32,000 nucleotides of DNA, from the sequence record PP100844.1, one strand, 5' to 3'. The stretch comes from Burkholderia phage vB_BpP_HN04. The position numbers and the translations under genes are program-made. The notes beneath the pieces were generated by a model. The model did no database searches and had not been told where the DNA came from. It saw only the letters and a list, made by a program, of their open reading frames with translations. Shown piece by piece: positions 24,920-31,773 of this stretch (its first letter is position 1; each line of letters opens with the position of its first letter).

Positions 24920-25512
24920 CGATCCCCTTCACAAGCCTTGTCGATATTGGAATCGATTCGGTTATCGATCCAGCCGACCGTGAAGTCTGACATCTTCAGA
25001 CCATCGTAGTGACCGGTCTGCTTGGCATTCAGGAGCTTCAGGGTAAGGGTACATGCCTTGAACTTCCCTCGCTTTTTCTGAAGGGCTTGGTATGCACCTA
25101 CCGTTCCGGGGCCGACTTTACCATCGACCTGAATTTGAGGAAAGTCCTTACCACCACGGGACAGGGAGTTGAGACTCTCTTGGAACCAACGGGAAGGACG
25201 AGCAGGGCCGACATTCACACCGGAGTCAACCAGCTTGTGCATGATCGGAACCGAGACAGTCTCGAAACGGATGAAACCCGGATCGACGATGTACTTCTGG
25301 ACATAGATGTTGGAAGCATCCTCCTTGGTCAGATCCTTCATGGAGCCGGTATAGCCAGCCGAACGTGCGACAGCTACCGTCACCCCATGATTGGTCTCAC
25401 CACCCGGATCCTTCGGGTTGTTCACGTATCCACCTTCCACTGCGAAGATCGATGCCACCATGGCAGCAACGACAGCAGAGATGGATGCCTTCTGTTTAAG
25501 ATTGATTGCCAT
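24916..25512 (-). CDS. Endolysin: GH108-type N-acetylmuramidase with a C-terminal peptidoglycan-binding region and a SAR-like N-terminal segment (198 aa)
   Basis: The ORF track starts at TTG 25566, but ATG 25512 follows GGAGG at 5-nt spacing. EGGYVNNPKDPGGETNHGVT is the GH108 signature (Glu codon 25435-25437). The N-terminus MAINLKQKASISAVVAAMVASIFAV is weakly hydrophobic and Ala/Ser-rich. Confidence 0.85.
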   Translation of the reverse strand: MAINLKQKASISAVVAAMVASIFAVEGGYVNNPKDPGGETNHGVTVAVARSAGYTGSMKDLTKEDASNIYVQKYIVDPGFIRFETVSVPIMHKLVDSGVNVGPARPSRWFQESLNSLSRGGKDFPQIQVDGKVGPGTVGAYQALQKKRGKFKACTLTLKLLNAKQTGHYDGLKMSDFTVGWIDNRIDSNIDKACEGDR

Positions 25513-25744
25513 TGGAACCTCCGAACTTGATGATCCCTCGGATGATGGCAGCACCAAACAGCACAATCGAGATTGACTTGGTGTGCTGGAAATCTGCCTT
25601 CAGTTCCGGGGGGATTGCCTGCCACGCTTGGGTCAGGATTTCAGGGAGAGCCAGAACAGCTACCCCTGCGTAAGAAAGCCAAGTAGCAGGTTCCTTGTGA
25701 ACCTGATGAACCTTGGACTTCTTCTTTACCGGTTTGACAACCAT
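25496..25744 (-). CDS. Small two-TM membrane protein (82 aa), holin/pinholin candidate
   Basis: The ORF track starts at GTG 25810, but ATG 25744 follows GGGGAG. The product has a basic N-terminus (KPVKKKSKVHQVHK) and two hydrophobic stretches (WLSYAGVAVLALPEIL and ISIVLFGAAIIRGII). It lies immediately upstream of the endolysin and overlaps it by 17 nt. Confidence 0.5.
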   Translation of the reverse strand: MVVKPVKKKSKVHQVHKEPATWLSYAGVAVLALPEILTQAWQAIPPELKADFQHTKSISIVLFGAAIIRGIIKFGGSNGNQS

Positions 25745-26070
25745 TGGATGATCTCCCCTCGAATAGTGAAAAGGAACGAGATGATCCCCCCAAGGATCGC
25801 CCACGTCCACTTACCAGCCAGTCCTGCACCAACTACCTTATGCTTGATGGTGATGAATTCTTCGATGGTAGGTGCTTGTTGCTTCAAGCTACCCTCCACA
25901 ACCTGAACTCGGTTATCCATCTGAGTTACCGTCTGGCTCATCTCTTCAAGCTTCTCGTACTGAATCTTACGCGAGGCTTTCGCCTCGCTCAGTTCAGTAG
26001 CAATGAAGTTGAAGCGTTCTTCAAGACGTGCAAGACGCACTTTTTCGTCCTCGTTCATAGCCCCGACCAT
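25726..26070 (-). CDS. Coiled-coil protein with a single C-terminal TM helix (114 aa), a lysis-cassette membrane protein (holin or holin-regulator candidate)
   Basis: ATG is at 26070, with an alternative at 26058. The N-terminal part is helical and charged, and the C-terminal VVGAGLAGKWTWAILGGIISFLF forms a TM segment. It is the first gene after the terminator at 26081-26106 and overlaps the next gene by 19 nt. Confidence 0.5.
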   Translation of the reverse strand: MVGAMNEDEKVRLARLEERFNFIATELSEAKASRKIQYEKLEEMSQTVTQMDNRVQVVEGSLKQQAPTIEEFITIKHKVVGAGLAGKWTWAILGGIISFLFTIRGEIIQWLSNR

Positions 26071-26080
26071 TGGTTAAAGT

Positions 26081-26106
26081 AAAGAAAACGGGAGCCTAAG
26101 CTCCCG
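26081..26106 (-). terminator. Intrinsic terminator (- strand) between the tail module and the lysis cassette
   Basis: The - strand reads ACGGGAGC-TTAG-GCTCCCGT followed by TTTTCTTTACTTT: a GC-rich 7-8 bp stem, a tetraloop and a U-tract. Confidence 0.75.
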
Positions 26107-26134
26107 TGCGAATAGTACCTCAAGTTACGTTTTG

Positions 26135-26314
26135 CTACAGATCAAATGGTGGACGGGTCTTCGGCTTCTCGTAATCCGGAACCACAGTGATGATGTCCTC
26201 ACGGTCTGTCTCAAGAGCCACTCGGCTGGAGTGGGGCAGGAAGAAGTTCTTGGGTTCTTGTTTCCAGTCGGCGAATGGAACAAAACCCCAGAACGAGCGA
26301 ACTGGGGTTTTCAT
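26135..26314 (-). CDS. 59-aa hypothetical protein (missing from the ORF track, one residue under its cutoff)
   Basis: The ATG at 26312-26314 lies 2 nt after the upstream TAA. The product is MKTPVRSFWGFVPFADWKQEPKNFFLPHSSRVALETDREDIITVVPDYEKPKTRPPFDL. It fills the gap up to the terminator. Confidence 0.5.
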   Translation of the reverse strand: MKTPVRSFWGFVPFADWKQEPKNFFLPHSSRVALETDREDIITVVPDYEKPKTRPPFDL

Positions 26315-26316
26315 GG

Positions 26317-26595
26317 TTACACCGCCGGGTCAATCGGATCCGGATCGTCGATCGCATCTTTGTATTCCGGCAGTGTACGCAGATAGTCGTACGCTTGACG
26401 GAAGGGGTTGGCCCCCTCGATGTCATACTTGATCGAGTACATCTCCGAGGCGAAAGCGTTCGGCGCACCAGCACGAACATACTTGCGGATCGAGAACGTG
26501 TTGATCGAGCCAGCCAGTCGAACTTCCTCGACTCGGACGTATGCACCGTTTACCGGGATGTCGCCCGGTGCCGTCGTATTTACGATAAGACCCAT
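26317..26595 (-). CDS. 92-aa hypothetical protein downstream of the tailspike genes
   Basis: The ORF track uses GTG 26604, but ATG 26595 follows AAGAGGTG at ~6-nt spacing. The product MGLIVNTTAPGDIPVNGAYVRVEEV...AYDYLRTLPEYKDAIDDPDPIDPAV has a soluble, plausible coding composition. Confidence 0.6.
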   Translation of the reverse strand: MGLIVNTTAPGDIPVNGAYVRVEEVRLAGSINTFSIRKYVRAGAPNAFASEMYSIKYDIEGANPFRQAYDYLRTLPEYKDAIDDPDPIDPAV

Positions 26596-26607
26596 TTTGG
26601 TCACCTC

Positions 26608-28536
26608 TTAGAACCATTGCACATTGAATCGTGCGGTGTTAGTGAAACTCAAGGGCACTCCCGAGAGTTGGTTAATGCGTACTGAGAGAGTTTGTCCCGG
26701 GGTTACTGGGATGACTCCAGTGACAAGGGAGCAATTACTAGCACCACTGGACATTTTCTCTTCTTCGGCCACAGGCCCACCATCAAGGTAGATACCTACG
26801 TATCGTTGCCCAGTGCCATTGGATTGCCACGATCCGTTGAGGGTAGCAGATGCCCACTTAACATTGGGCGGTACAACAATGAGCATCTTACCAGCCTTAT
26901 CAAATGCTTCAAGGCGATCGTACTGTGAACCCGACCAGACTACAGTTTGCGGTACGCCAGACTGAACTGTGATGCCTGACGAGAGGTAACAGTTCGTATG
27001 CGCAGGTTGTGTACCCCACGTCATACACCCATCTGCATTGGCGAAATCCAACGTATCCCCATAGATAGAGATGTCTGCACCAGCACCAACAACTACTTGT
27101 TGCCGAACGCTGAACCCCGGCAGATTACCTGAACGACACCACGCACCGTGTCCAAACGATGGATGGTTTGTGAGACTCTTTGGCTGAATCGTAGTCAAAA
27201 CTTCCATGCGGCCAACGCAAGCATAGAAGAAATGGTTCTGCGCCAGTGAACCCGGGTAATCTGCTGACACCGGATTCGTACCGGTATCCGATGCATGCAA
27301 GGCGATAGTACCATTCCAACGACAGTTAAAGAACGTATTATCGTCCGAGTTCTCGATGTCAACGTGTCGACTTTGATAGTCTGAGTTGAACCATTGACAG
27401 TTGTAGAAGATGCACTGGTTCACGCCACCCTTCAACCCATTACCGAACATCAACACAGACTTAGCTGTATTGCCCGGAAGCATAGCAGTGGACACACAGA
27501 AGTTGTCAAACTCACACAGTGAGATAGATGTGTTAGTTCCCGATCCACCGTCATACAGGTCGTGGGTAGTAACACCCAATACCAGCCCCAGCTGGGTGTG
27601 TCGAACCACAGAGCTGTTTACGTACTTAGCTCCACGTGTGGCCAGAATCTTCACACCGTGGGTTGCTCGATTATTGCAGTCAAACATTACCCCTTCAATA
27701 CCCCCACCCTGAAGTGGTGCAGCTTTAAGACCCGGTTCATCTTTAGGGGAAATTACCAGCATGAACGAGGGAGTGGTTGCGCCAACCCATTGGAGAGTCG
27801 AACCTGCGTTAGCTACGATGTTGTCCCAAGTGTCTTGGAACGGTTGGTTACCATCGATTGCCCCACCGTATCCACGGATAAGAATATACGGGGAATCTAC
27901 AACAATGGTCTGGGAAATCTTGATAACGCCTTTAGGCAAGTTAATAGTGGCACCCTTAAGACGTTTAGCCTCAGCCACTGCACGAATAACTGCACCTGAC
28001 CAATCTGCTTCACCAGCGATGAAGAATGAATCCACATAAAGCTGGTTATCCAGAATTGCAGCAACAGTCTGGACTTGTCCATTAGGACGACGATAACCAA
28101 TAAGACCAGCACCTGCCGAAGAATGCAATGCATCAATTGCCTGCTTGTTCTGACTGATCTGATCCAGATACCCAGACAGATCGAAGATGTTACGCCAAGC
28201 AGAATCAGGCTCGTTCGTGTACTTCCACTGGATATGTGCATCAGCAGACACTCGAATCTCCGGGGACTGCCCAGTGATGTCGATGAGCGGAAGCAAGACC
28301 TGCCACGGGCCTTTGGTTCCATCCTTCTCGATGTATCGCCAATCCAGCGTCTTGTTGGCAACGTTCTCCTGAAGTTCAATGTCCTTGGGACGAAGCTCGT
28401 TCAGGTTCTCGGCCAGATACTTGATGTGTTGAAGCTGACGGTAAACAGCTTCCACAATCGGGAAGCTGTTACCCAGTCGCTTATCAACAGACATCGAAGC
28501 ACCACCGAAGGGGTTATGTGCTCCACGTTGATTCAT
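26608..28536 (-). CDS. Tailspike A: N-terminal anchor domain plus a right-handed beta-helix (pectate-lyase-like) depolymerase-type body (642 aa)
   Basis: The ORF track starts at TTG 28596, but ATG 28536 follows GAGGA. Residues 21-123 are paralogous to the fibre N-terminus. Downstream, DWSGAVIRAVAEAKRLKGATINLPKGVIKISQTIVVDSPYILIRGYGG is the typical entry to pectate_lyase_3-type tailspikes. The body is rich in N/G/T/V beta-helix-like turns. Confidence 0.8.
   Translation of the reverse strand: MNQRGAHNPFGGASMSVDKRLGNSFPIVEAVYRQLQHIKYLAENLNELRPKDIELQENVANKTLDWRYIEKDGTKGPWQVLLPLIDITGQSPEIRVSADAHIQWKYTNEPDSAWRNIFDLSGYLDQISQNKQAIDALHSSAGAGLIGYRRPNGQVQTVAAILDNQLYVDSFFIAGEADWSGAVIRAVAEAKRLKGATINLPKGVIKISQTIVVDSPYILIRGYGGAIDGNQPFQDTWDNIVANAGSTLQWVGATTPSFMLVISPKDEPGLKAAPLQGGGIEGVMFDCNNRATHGVKILATRGAKYVNSSVVRHTQLGLVLGVTTHDLYDGGSGTNTSISLCEFDNFCVSTAMLPGNTAKSVLMFGNGLKGGVNQCIFYNCQWFNSDYQSRHVDIENSDDNTFFNCRWNGTIALHASDTGTNPVSADYPGSLAQNHFFYACVGRMEVLTTIQPKSLTNHPSFGHGAWCRSGNLPGFSVRQQVVVGAGADISIYGDTLDFANADGCMTWGTQPAHTNCYLSSGITVQSGVPQTVVWSGSQYDRLEAFDKAGKMLIVVPPNVKWASATLNGSWQSNGTGQRYVGIYLDGGPVAEEEKMSSGASNCSLVTGVIPVTPGQTLSVRINQLSGVPLSFTNTARFNVQWF
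28168..28476 (-). repeat. Coding segment for the shared anchor domain (copy in tailspike A)
   Basis: The 103 aa from LGNSFPIV to FDLSGY align without gaps to the fibre copy, with 73 of 103 identical by my hand count. The DNA similarity is clearly visible by eye. Confidence 0.85.
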
Positions 28537-28549
28537 GTGTTCCTCACAG

Positions 28550-30514
28550 TTAGACGGATATGGCAAGTTTGCCTGTGCCAGTACCAGCACTTGCAAACTT
28601 GATCTGTGCCGTGATGGAAGTGGAGTTCGTACCGATCACAGCCATCCAAGCAATAGGCGGAATGCTACCAGATTCATATGAGAAGGTAAGAGATACGTCC
28701 TCTCGGTTGGGAGTTCGTACAAGCTTGTGGGAGAGGGTCACTGTCTGTACAGCAGTAGAAGACAAGTCAATAGCCCCATACCCAACAAACTTGTTGGAGA
28801 AATTGTCCGTACCATCATAGCTGCTGATGTCAGCAATGCTGTACATGCGTGGGCCCAAGCGACCCAAGTTGCCGAATGCAGTAGTAACCGGTCGATCCGA
28901 TCGCAGTCGGTAGATAGTTCCGATATCGGCATTCACGCCACCCGGAAGGTTGATGTTCATATCACAGAAACGAGCTGATACATCAAGGTCATTCCGGACA
29001 GTAGTCGAAGCTTCCTCGTAACCTACTTGCATGGTGTTGGCATCACGCTTAGACACCACCGTAGCCTTGATCTTGCTGGACGATGCTTCGTTCAGGAATC
29101 CCTTGCCACCACCGGTGAATGCGTTCGAGTACCCGTACACCTGAGCAGCTATGTCATGGTCGGAACCAACGAGATGGATACCGAGGCTACCGTTCTCAGG
29201 AGCATCACGGAACACGTCAATCTTGGCCTGCCCACCGAGTGTCGAAATGATCTTCACTTGGGGATTGGCTCCAGCGAGAGCATCATTCGGGCCACCCTTT
29301 ACAGGGCCACGTCGATTCGAGTGAGTCTCCAGAAGGTTGATGTTGTATCGGACAGCATCACCGATGAAGACGTTGCCGTATGAGTTCTCACCCATCAGGT
29401 AGTTGGCCCGGAAGCGAATCGACGGGTTTCCTGCCTTACGTTCGATGTGCACCGCATACCCATACTCATTGTCATACGAGTGGATAAAGCCCACCTCGCA
29501 CGAACGAAGGAGGCGGATACCGTGGATCGGATCACCGGGGAACAGCTTAGACTGTTTCGGGCCGGTGGCATCAAACGTATCAAAACGGGAACCACCCGGC
29601 CAACCAACGAAGATGTTGTCCAGATATTGATCAGTTGGGCCGTTGAAGATGAACCCTTCCATGCCCGTTTCCAGCACTTCGATATCCCGGATCTCGGAAA
29701 ACTTCGAGTCCGTGATCGAGTCGAAATTGGTGTAAGCAGGGATGGCCGGAAACTCGGTGTACAGACCAATACCTGCTGTCTTGCCGATGACCAGACTCTT
29801 CAGTCGAAGCATACGACCATAGATGCGAACACCGTAACCGGTCTTATCGGTAGGTTGACCTGAGAACACAGCACCATTCACGGTGCAACTCTCAACACCA
29901 TACGAGATGGGGCAACCATCAGCAGTACCTGCCGGTTGGGTTGCTTGAATGGCATCGAAGTTTTCCGTCTCCACGACGTTGCCCGCAAAGCCTGCTTGAG
30001 TGACGATCTGGGAAGATGCAGCCCCGGAGCCAACCAAGGTAACGGTAGATACCAGCTTGATGCCAGTGAATACCTTAAGGGTTCCGGTGAAGTGGACTTC
30101 ACCAATGCCAAGAGACTTAGCAGTTTTCATTGCTATATTGGCAGCAAAGTCAGAATCCCCGTACCACTGAAGTTGGATGACCCCACTGAACTGACGGCGG
30201 AAGGTCTTTCCGGAATTCGTAGTCAGAAACACGCCACCATCATCTGTCCCGGTAGCTCGAACGAAGAGACCACCAGTAAGCACGTCAGTAACGATGAGAG
30301 CATCTGCAGTACCAGTGTACTGACGAAGTGCCGTGTAATTAGCCACACGAGGTGTGGAGGCAGCAATTGCTGATGTAGCAGCATTCTCGGCAAGGGTAGC
30401 TGAAGCTTGTGCTGCCGCTGCCGCATCAAGCGCCTCTTGTGTTGCAGATCCAGTATCACCTTTCGGCCCCTTGAAGAATGGGTACAACTGGATCACATTA
30501 TCATCACACGACAT
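28550..30514 (-). CDS. Tailspike B: a second, unrelated beta-helix (pectate-lyase-like) receptor-binding/depolymerase protein (654 aa)
   Basis: ATG 30514 follows GAGG. The N-terminus MSCDDNVIQLYPFFKGPKGDTGS is followed by an Ala-rich helix, then ANYTALRQYTGTADALIVTD..GGLF and long repetitive beta-strand-like content. It lacks the anchor domain shared by the two neighbours. Confidence 0.75.
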   Translation of the reverse strand: MSCDDNVIQLYPFFKGPKGDTGSATQEALDAAAAAQASATLAENAATSAIAASTPRVANYTALRQYTGTADALIVTDVLTGGLFVRATGTDDGGVFLTTNSGKTFRRQFSGVIQLQWYGDSDFAANIAMKTAKSLGIGEVHFTGTLKVFTGIKLVSTVTLVGSGAASSQIVTQAGFAGNVVETENFDAIQATQPAGTADGCPISYGVESCTVNGAVFSGQPTDKTGYGVRIYGRMLRLKSLVIGKTAGIGLYTEFPAIPAYTNFDSITDSKFSEIRDIEVLETGMEGFIFNGPTDQYLDNIFVGWPGGSRFDTFDATGPKQSKLFPGDPIHGIRLLRSCEVGFIHSYDNEYGYAVHIERKAGNPSIRFRANYLMGENSYGNVFIGDAVRYNINLLETHSNRRGPVKGGPNDALAGANPQVKIISTLGGQAKIDVFRDAPENGSLGIHLVGSDHDIAAQVYGYSNAFTGGGKGFLNEASSSKIKATVVSKRDANTMQVGYEEASTTVRNDLDVSARFCDMNINLPGGVNADIGTIYRLRSDRPVTTAFGNLGRLGPRMYSIADISSYDGTDNFSNKFVGYGAIDLSSTAVQTVTLSHKLVRTPNREDVSLTFSYESGSIPPIAWMAVIGTNSTSITAQIKFASAGTGTGKLAISV

Positions 30515-30521
30515 AAATACC

Positions 30522-30842
30522 TCAGTTGGTTACGTGATCAACTACGTCAATGAAGGAGGTAGTCGTATGTACAACTTCCCCATTCGAGTCGACCACCTTG
30601 AAATCGATGTAGTGTACTTGCGGACGCCACTTCTCCGTATCTTTAGGAGGTGCGTACACACGTACGGTATTGGTCTGTGCATCCAGCACTTCGACCTGAA
30701 GATCTTGTACGAACTCAAACCGTACCTTACGACGGAGTGCTGCCGTTACCACACAATCCTCAAGAGTGAATGGGGCACACTCACCCGGATCCCAAAGGAA
30801 GCCGCCATAGCTGAAGGAGCCACCTCGTTTAAATTTGTTCAT
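30522..30842 (-). CDS. 106-aa hypothetical protein within the receptor-binding module
   Basis: ATG is at 30842, and the TGA lies within the SD region of tailspike B. The sequence looks beta-rich (VRFEFVQDLQVEVLDAQTNTVRVYA...VHYIDFKVVDSNGEVVHTTTSFIDVV). I recognise no motif. Confidence 0.55.
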   Translation of the reverse strand: MNKFKRGGSFSYGGFLWDPGECAPFTLEDCVVTAALRRKVRFEFVQDLQVEVLDAQTNTVRVYAPPKDTEKWRPQVHYIDFKVVDSNGEVVHTTTSFIDVVDHVTN

Positions 30843-30849
30843 GTGTATC

Positions 30850-30866
30850 CGGGGACAGAGTCCCCG
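30850..30866. other. GC-rich 7-bp stem with a 3-nt loop in the fibre/106-aa intergenic spacer
   Basis: CGGGGAC-AGA-GTCCCCG lies 8 nt upstream of the 106-aa ATG and 7 nt after the fibre stop. There is no U-tract on the - strand; a weak one (TCCCGTTTT) is present on the + strand. Confidence 0.5.
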
Positions 30867-30873
30867 TCCCGTT

Positions 30874-31773
30874 TTAGGTGAGGGTCACAACTTTAACAGC
30901 ACCGGTGTTGTCCACAAAGCTCAGGGCATTGGCATTGGCAGAGTCAACGAAGAAGGCGTTCTTCTTGCCACCCAAGTCTGCAAGCACAGCCGGAGCCAAC
31001 TCCATGAACTGCTTCACGGAAGCAACCGAAGTGCTAAGCGAACTGACACCACTGTTCGTCGAGGAAAGCCCCGTGGACAAAGAGGCGACAGAACTGGTTG
31101 CCGTACTGAGTCCAGTCGAAGCAGACGTGGACAGAGACGTAGTGGTGCTCAGTGCTGTGGACAGGGCAGTGGATAGCGAACCAATCCCACTGGATACTGT
31201 AGTGGACAGGGATGCCACCGAACTGACGGCAGACGACAGACCAGTCTGCGTCGAGGTGGACAACGATTCAACCGAACTGTTGGTCGAGGACAAACCAGTC
31301 GAGGTAGCTGTGGAAAGCGACGAGATACCCGTAGCTGTGCTGGTAGACAGGCTAACGATGTCTTGGGTTGCCTTATCGGCAATTACACGAGTCTCTTGAA
31401 GAAGAGCCACGTAACCAGAAAGGTCGAAGATATTGCGCCAAGCACTGGCAGGCTCATCCGTGTATTTCCACTGAAGCATGTACCCGGCACTGATTCGCAT
31501 CTCGGGACTCTGCCCCGTGATATCCACCAGAGGAACCAGCACCTGCCAATTACCCTTGGTTCCATCTTGGTTCAGGTATCGCCAATCGAGGGTACGGTTG
31601 ACCGTATTCTCGATCAGCTCGATATCTTTCGGACGCAACTCACCCAGATGCTCGGACACGTAGGTGAGCTTCTGAAGATTCTTGTAAACCTCACGGACGA
31701 TTGGGAATGCATTGCCCAGACCAAGATCTACCATGGCCGACTTGTTCTCGTCGTCTTGAAATGCATTACGCAT
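30874..31773 (-). CDS. Short tail fibre: anchor domain, Ser/Thr/Leu-rich coiled-coil stalk and small C-terminal knob (299 aa)
   Basis: The ORF track uses GTG 31782, but the ATG at 31773 overlaps the upstream stop (TGATG) and follows a G-rich SD. The N-terminus is paralogous to tailspike A. Residues 138-253 are SLST-type repeats, and the C-terminal ~45 aa are non-repetitive. Confidence 0.8.
   Translation of the reverse strand: MRNAFQDDENKSAMVDLGLGNAFPIVREVYKNLQKLTYVSEHLGELRPKDIELIENTVNRTLDWRYLNQDGTKGNWQVLVPLVDITGQSPEMRISAGYMLQWKYTDEPASAWRNIFDLSGYVALLQETRVIADKATQDIVSLSTSTATGISSLSTATSTGLSSTNSSVESLSTSTQTGLSSAVSSVASLSTTVSSGIGSLSTALSTALSTTTSLSTSASTGLSTATSSVASLSTGLSSTNSGVSSLSTSVASVKQFMELAPAVLADLGGKKNAFFVDSANANALSFVDNTGAVKVVTLT
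31015..31362 (-). repeat. Intragenic imperfect tandem repeats encoding the Ser/Thr/Leu-rich stalk
   Basis: The + strand unit GTGGACA(A/G)(A/G)G recurs at least five times. The protein reads SLSTSTATGISSLSTATSTGLSSTNSSVESLSTSTQTGLSSAVSSVASLSTTVSSGIGSLSTALSTALSTTTSLSTSASTGLSTATSSVASLSTGLSSTNSGVSSLSTSVASV, with hydrophobic residues mostly at 3/4/7/8 spacing. Confidence 0.8.
31411..31719 (-). repeat. Coding segment for the shared anchor domain (copy in the fibre)
   Basis: The 103 aa from LGNAFPIV to FDLSGY are paralogous to 28168-28476. Confidence 0.85.

Noticed and set aside
25513-25566. N-terminal extensions implied by the ORF track's TTG/GTG starts (endolysin TTG 25566, tailspike A TTG 28596, holin-like GTG 25810, o-spanin GTG 24726, fibre GTG 31782, 92-aa GTG 26604, resolvase GTG 103).
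   Set aside because: In each case an internal ATG has a properly spaced Shine-Dalgarno sequence or a start/stop overlap with the upstream gene. The extension either overlaps the upstream gene or disrupts an expected N-terminal feature (lipobox signal, SAR segment, paralogous N-termini of equal length).
26107-26134. A search for a sigma-70-like promoter for the lysis cassette around the terminator at 26081-26106.
   Set aside because: Only weak hexamers (for example TACTAT) are present, with no acceptable -35 at 16-18 nt spacing. I cannot support a promoter call, so lysis genes may rely on terminator read-through.
24329-26685. Overlapping ORFs in the lysis/small-gene region (+ strand 24329-25009, 25009-25530, 25583-25906, 25744-26082 and 26275-26685; - strand 25422-25625, 25641-25832, 26211-26546 and 26423-26617).
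   Set aside because: All overlap better-supported - strand genes (spanins, GH108 endolysin, membrane proteins, the 92-aa ORF). They have no RBS or motif support.
30430-30514. A collagen-like start to tailspike B (FKGPKGDTGS).
   Set aside because: Only three consecutive G-x-y triplets are present, too short for a collagen triple helix. It is probably just a flexible N-terminal linker motif common in phage fibres.
30850-30866. The 7-bp stem / 3-nt loop hairpin (CGGGGAC-AGA-GTCCCCG) as an N4-type vRNAP promoter. Such promoters are hairpins with 5-7 bp stems and 3-nt loops.
   Set aside because: vRNAP promoters drive early genes at one genome end, whereas this hairpin sits between late tail genes. 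A start ~12 nt from the loop would leave only ~4 nt of leader before the ATG at 30842. A simple intercistronic RNA structure is more likely. Kept as a structural feature only.
31015-31362. Tandem-repeat DNA that could be mistaken for a CRISPR-like array or non-coding VNTR.
   Set aside because: The repeats are degenerate, irregularly spaced (33-54 nt) and lie in frame within a continuous ORF encoding SLST-type peptide repeats. There are no spacer-like unique units and no leader.
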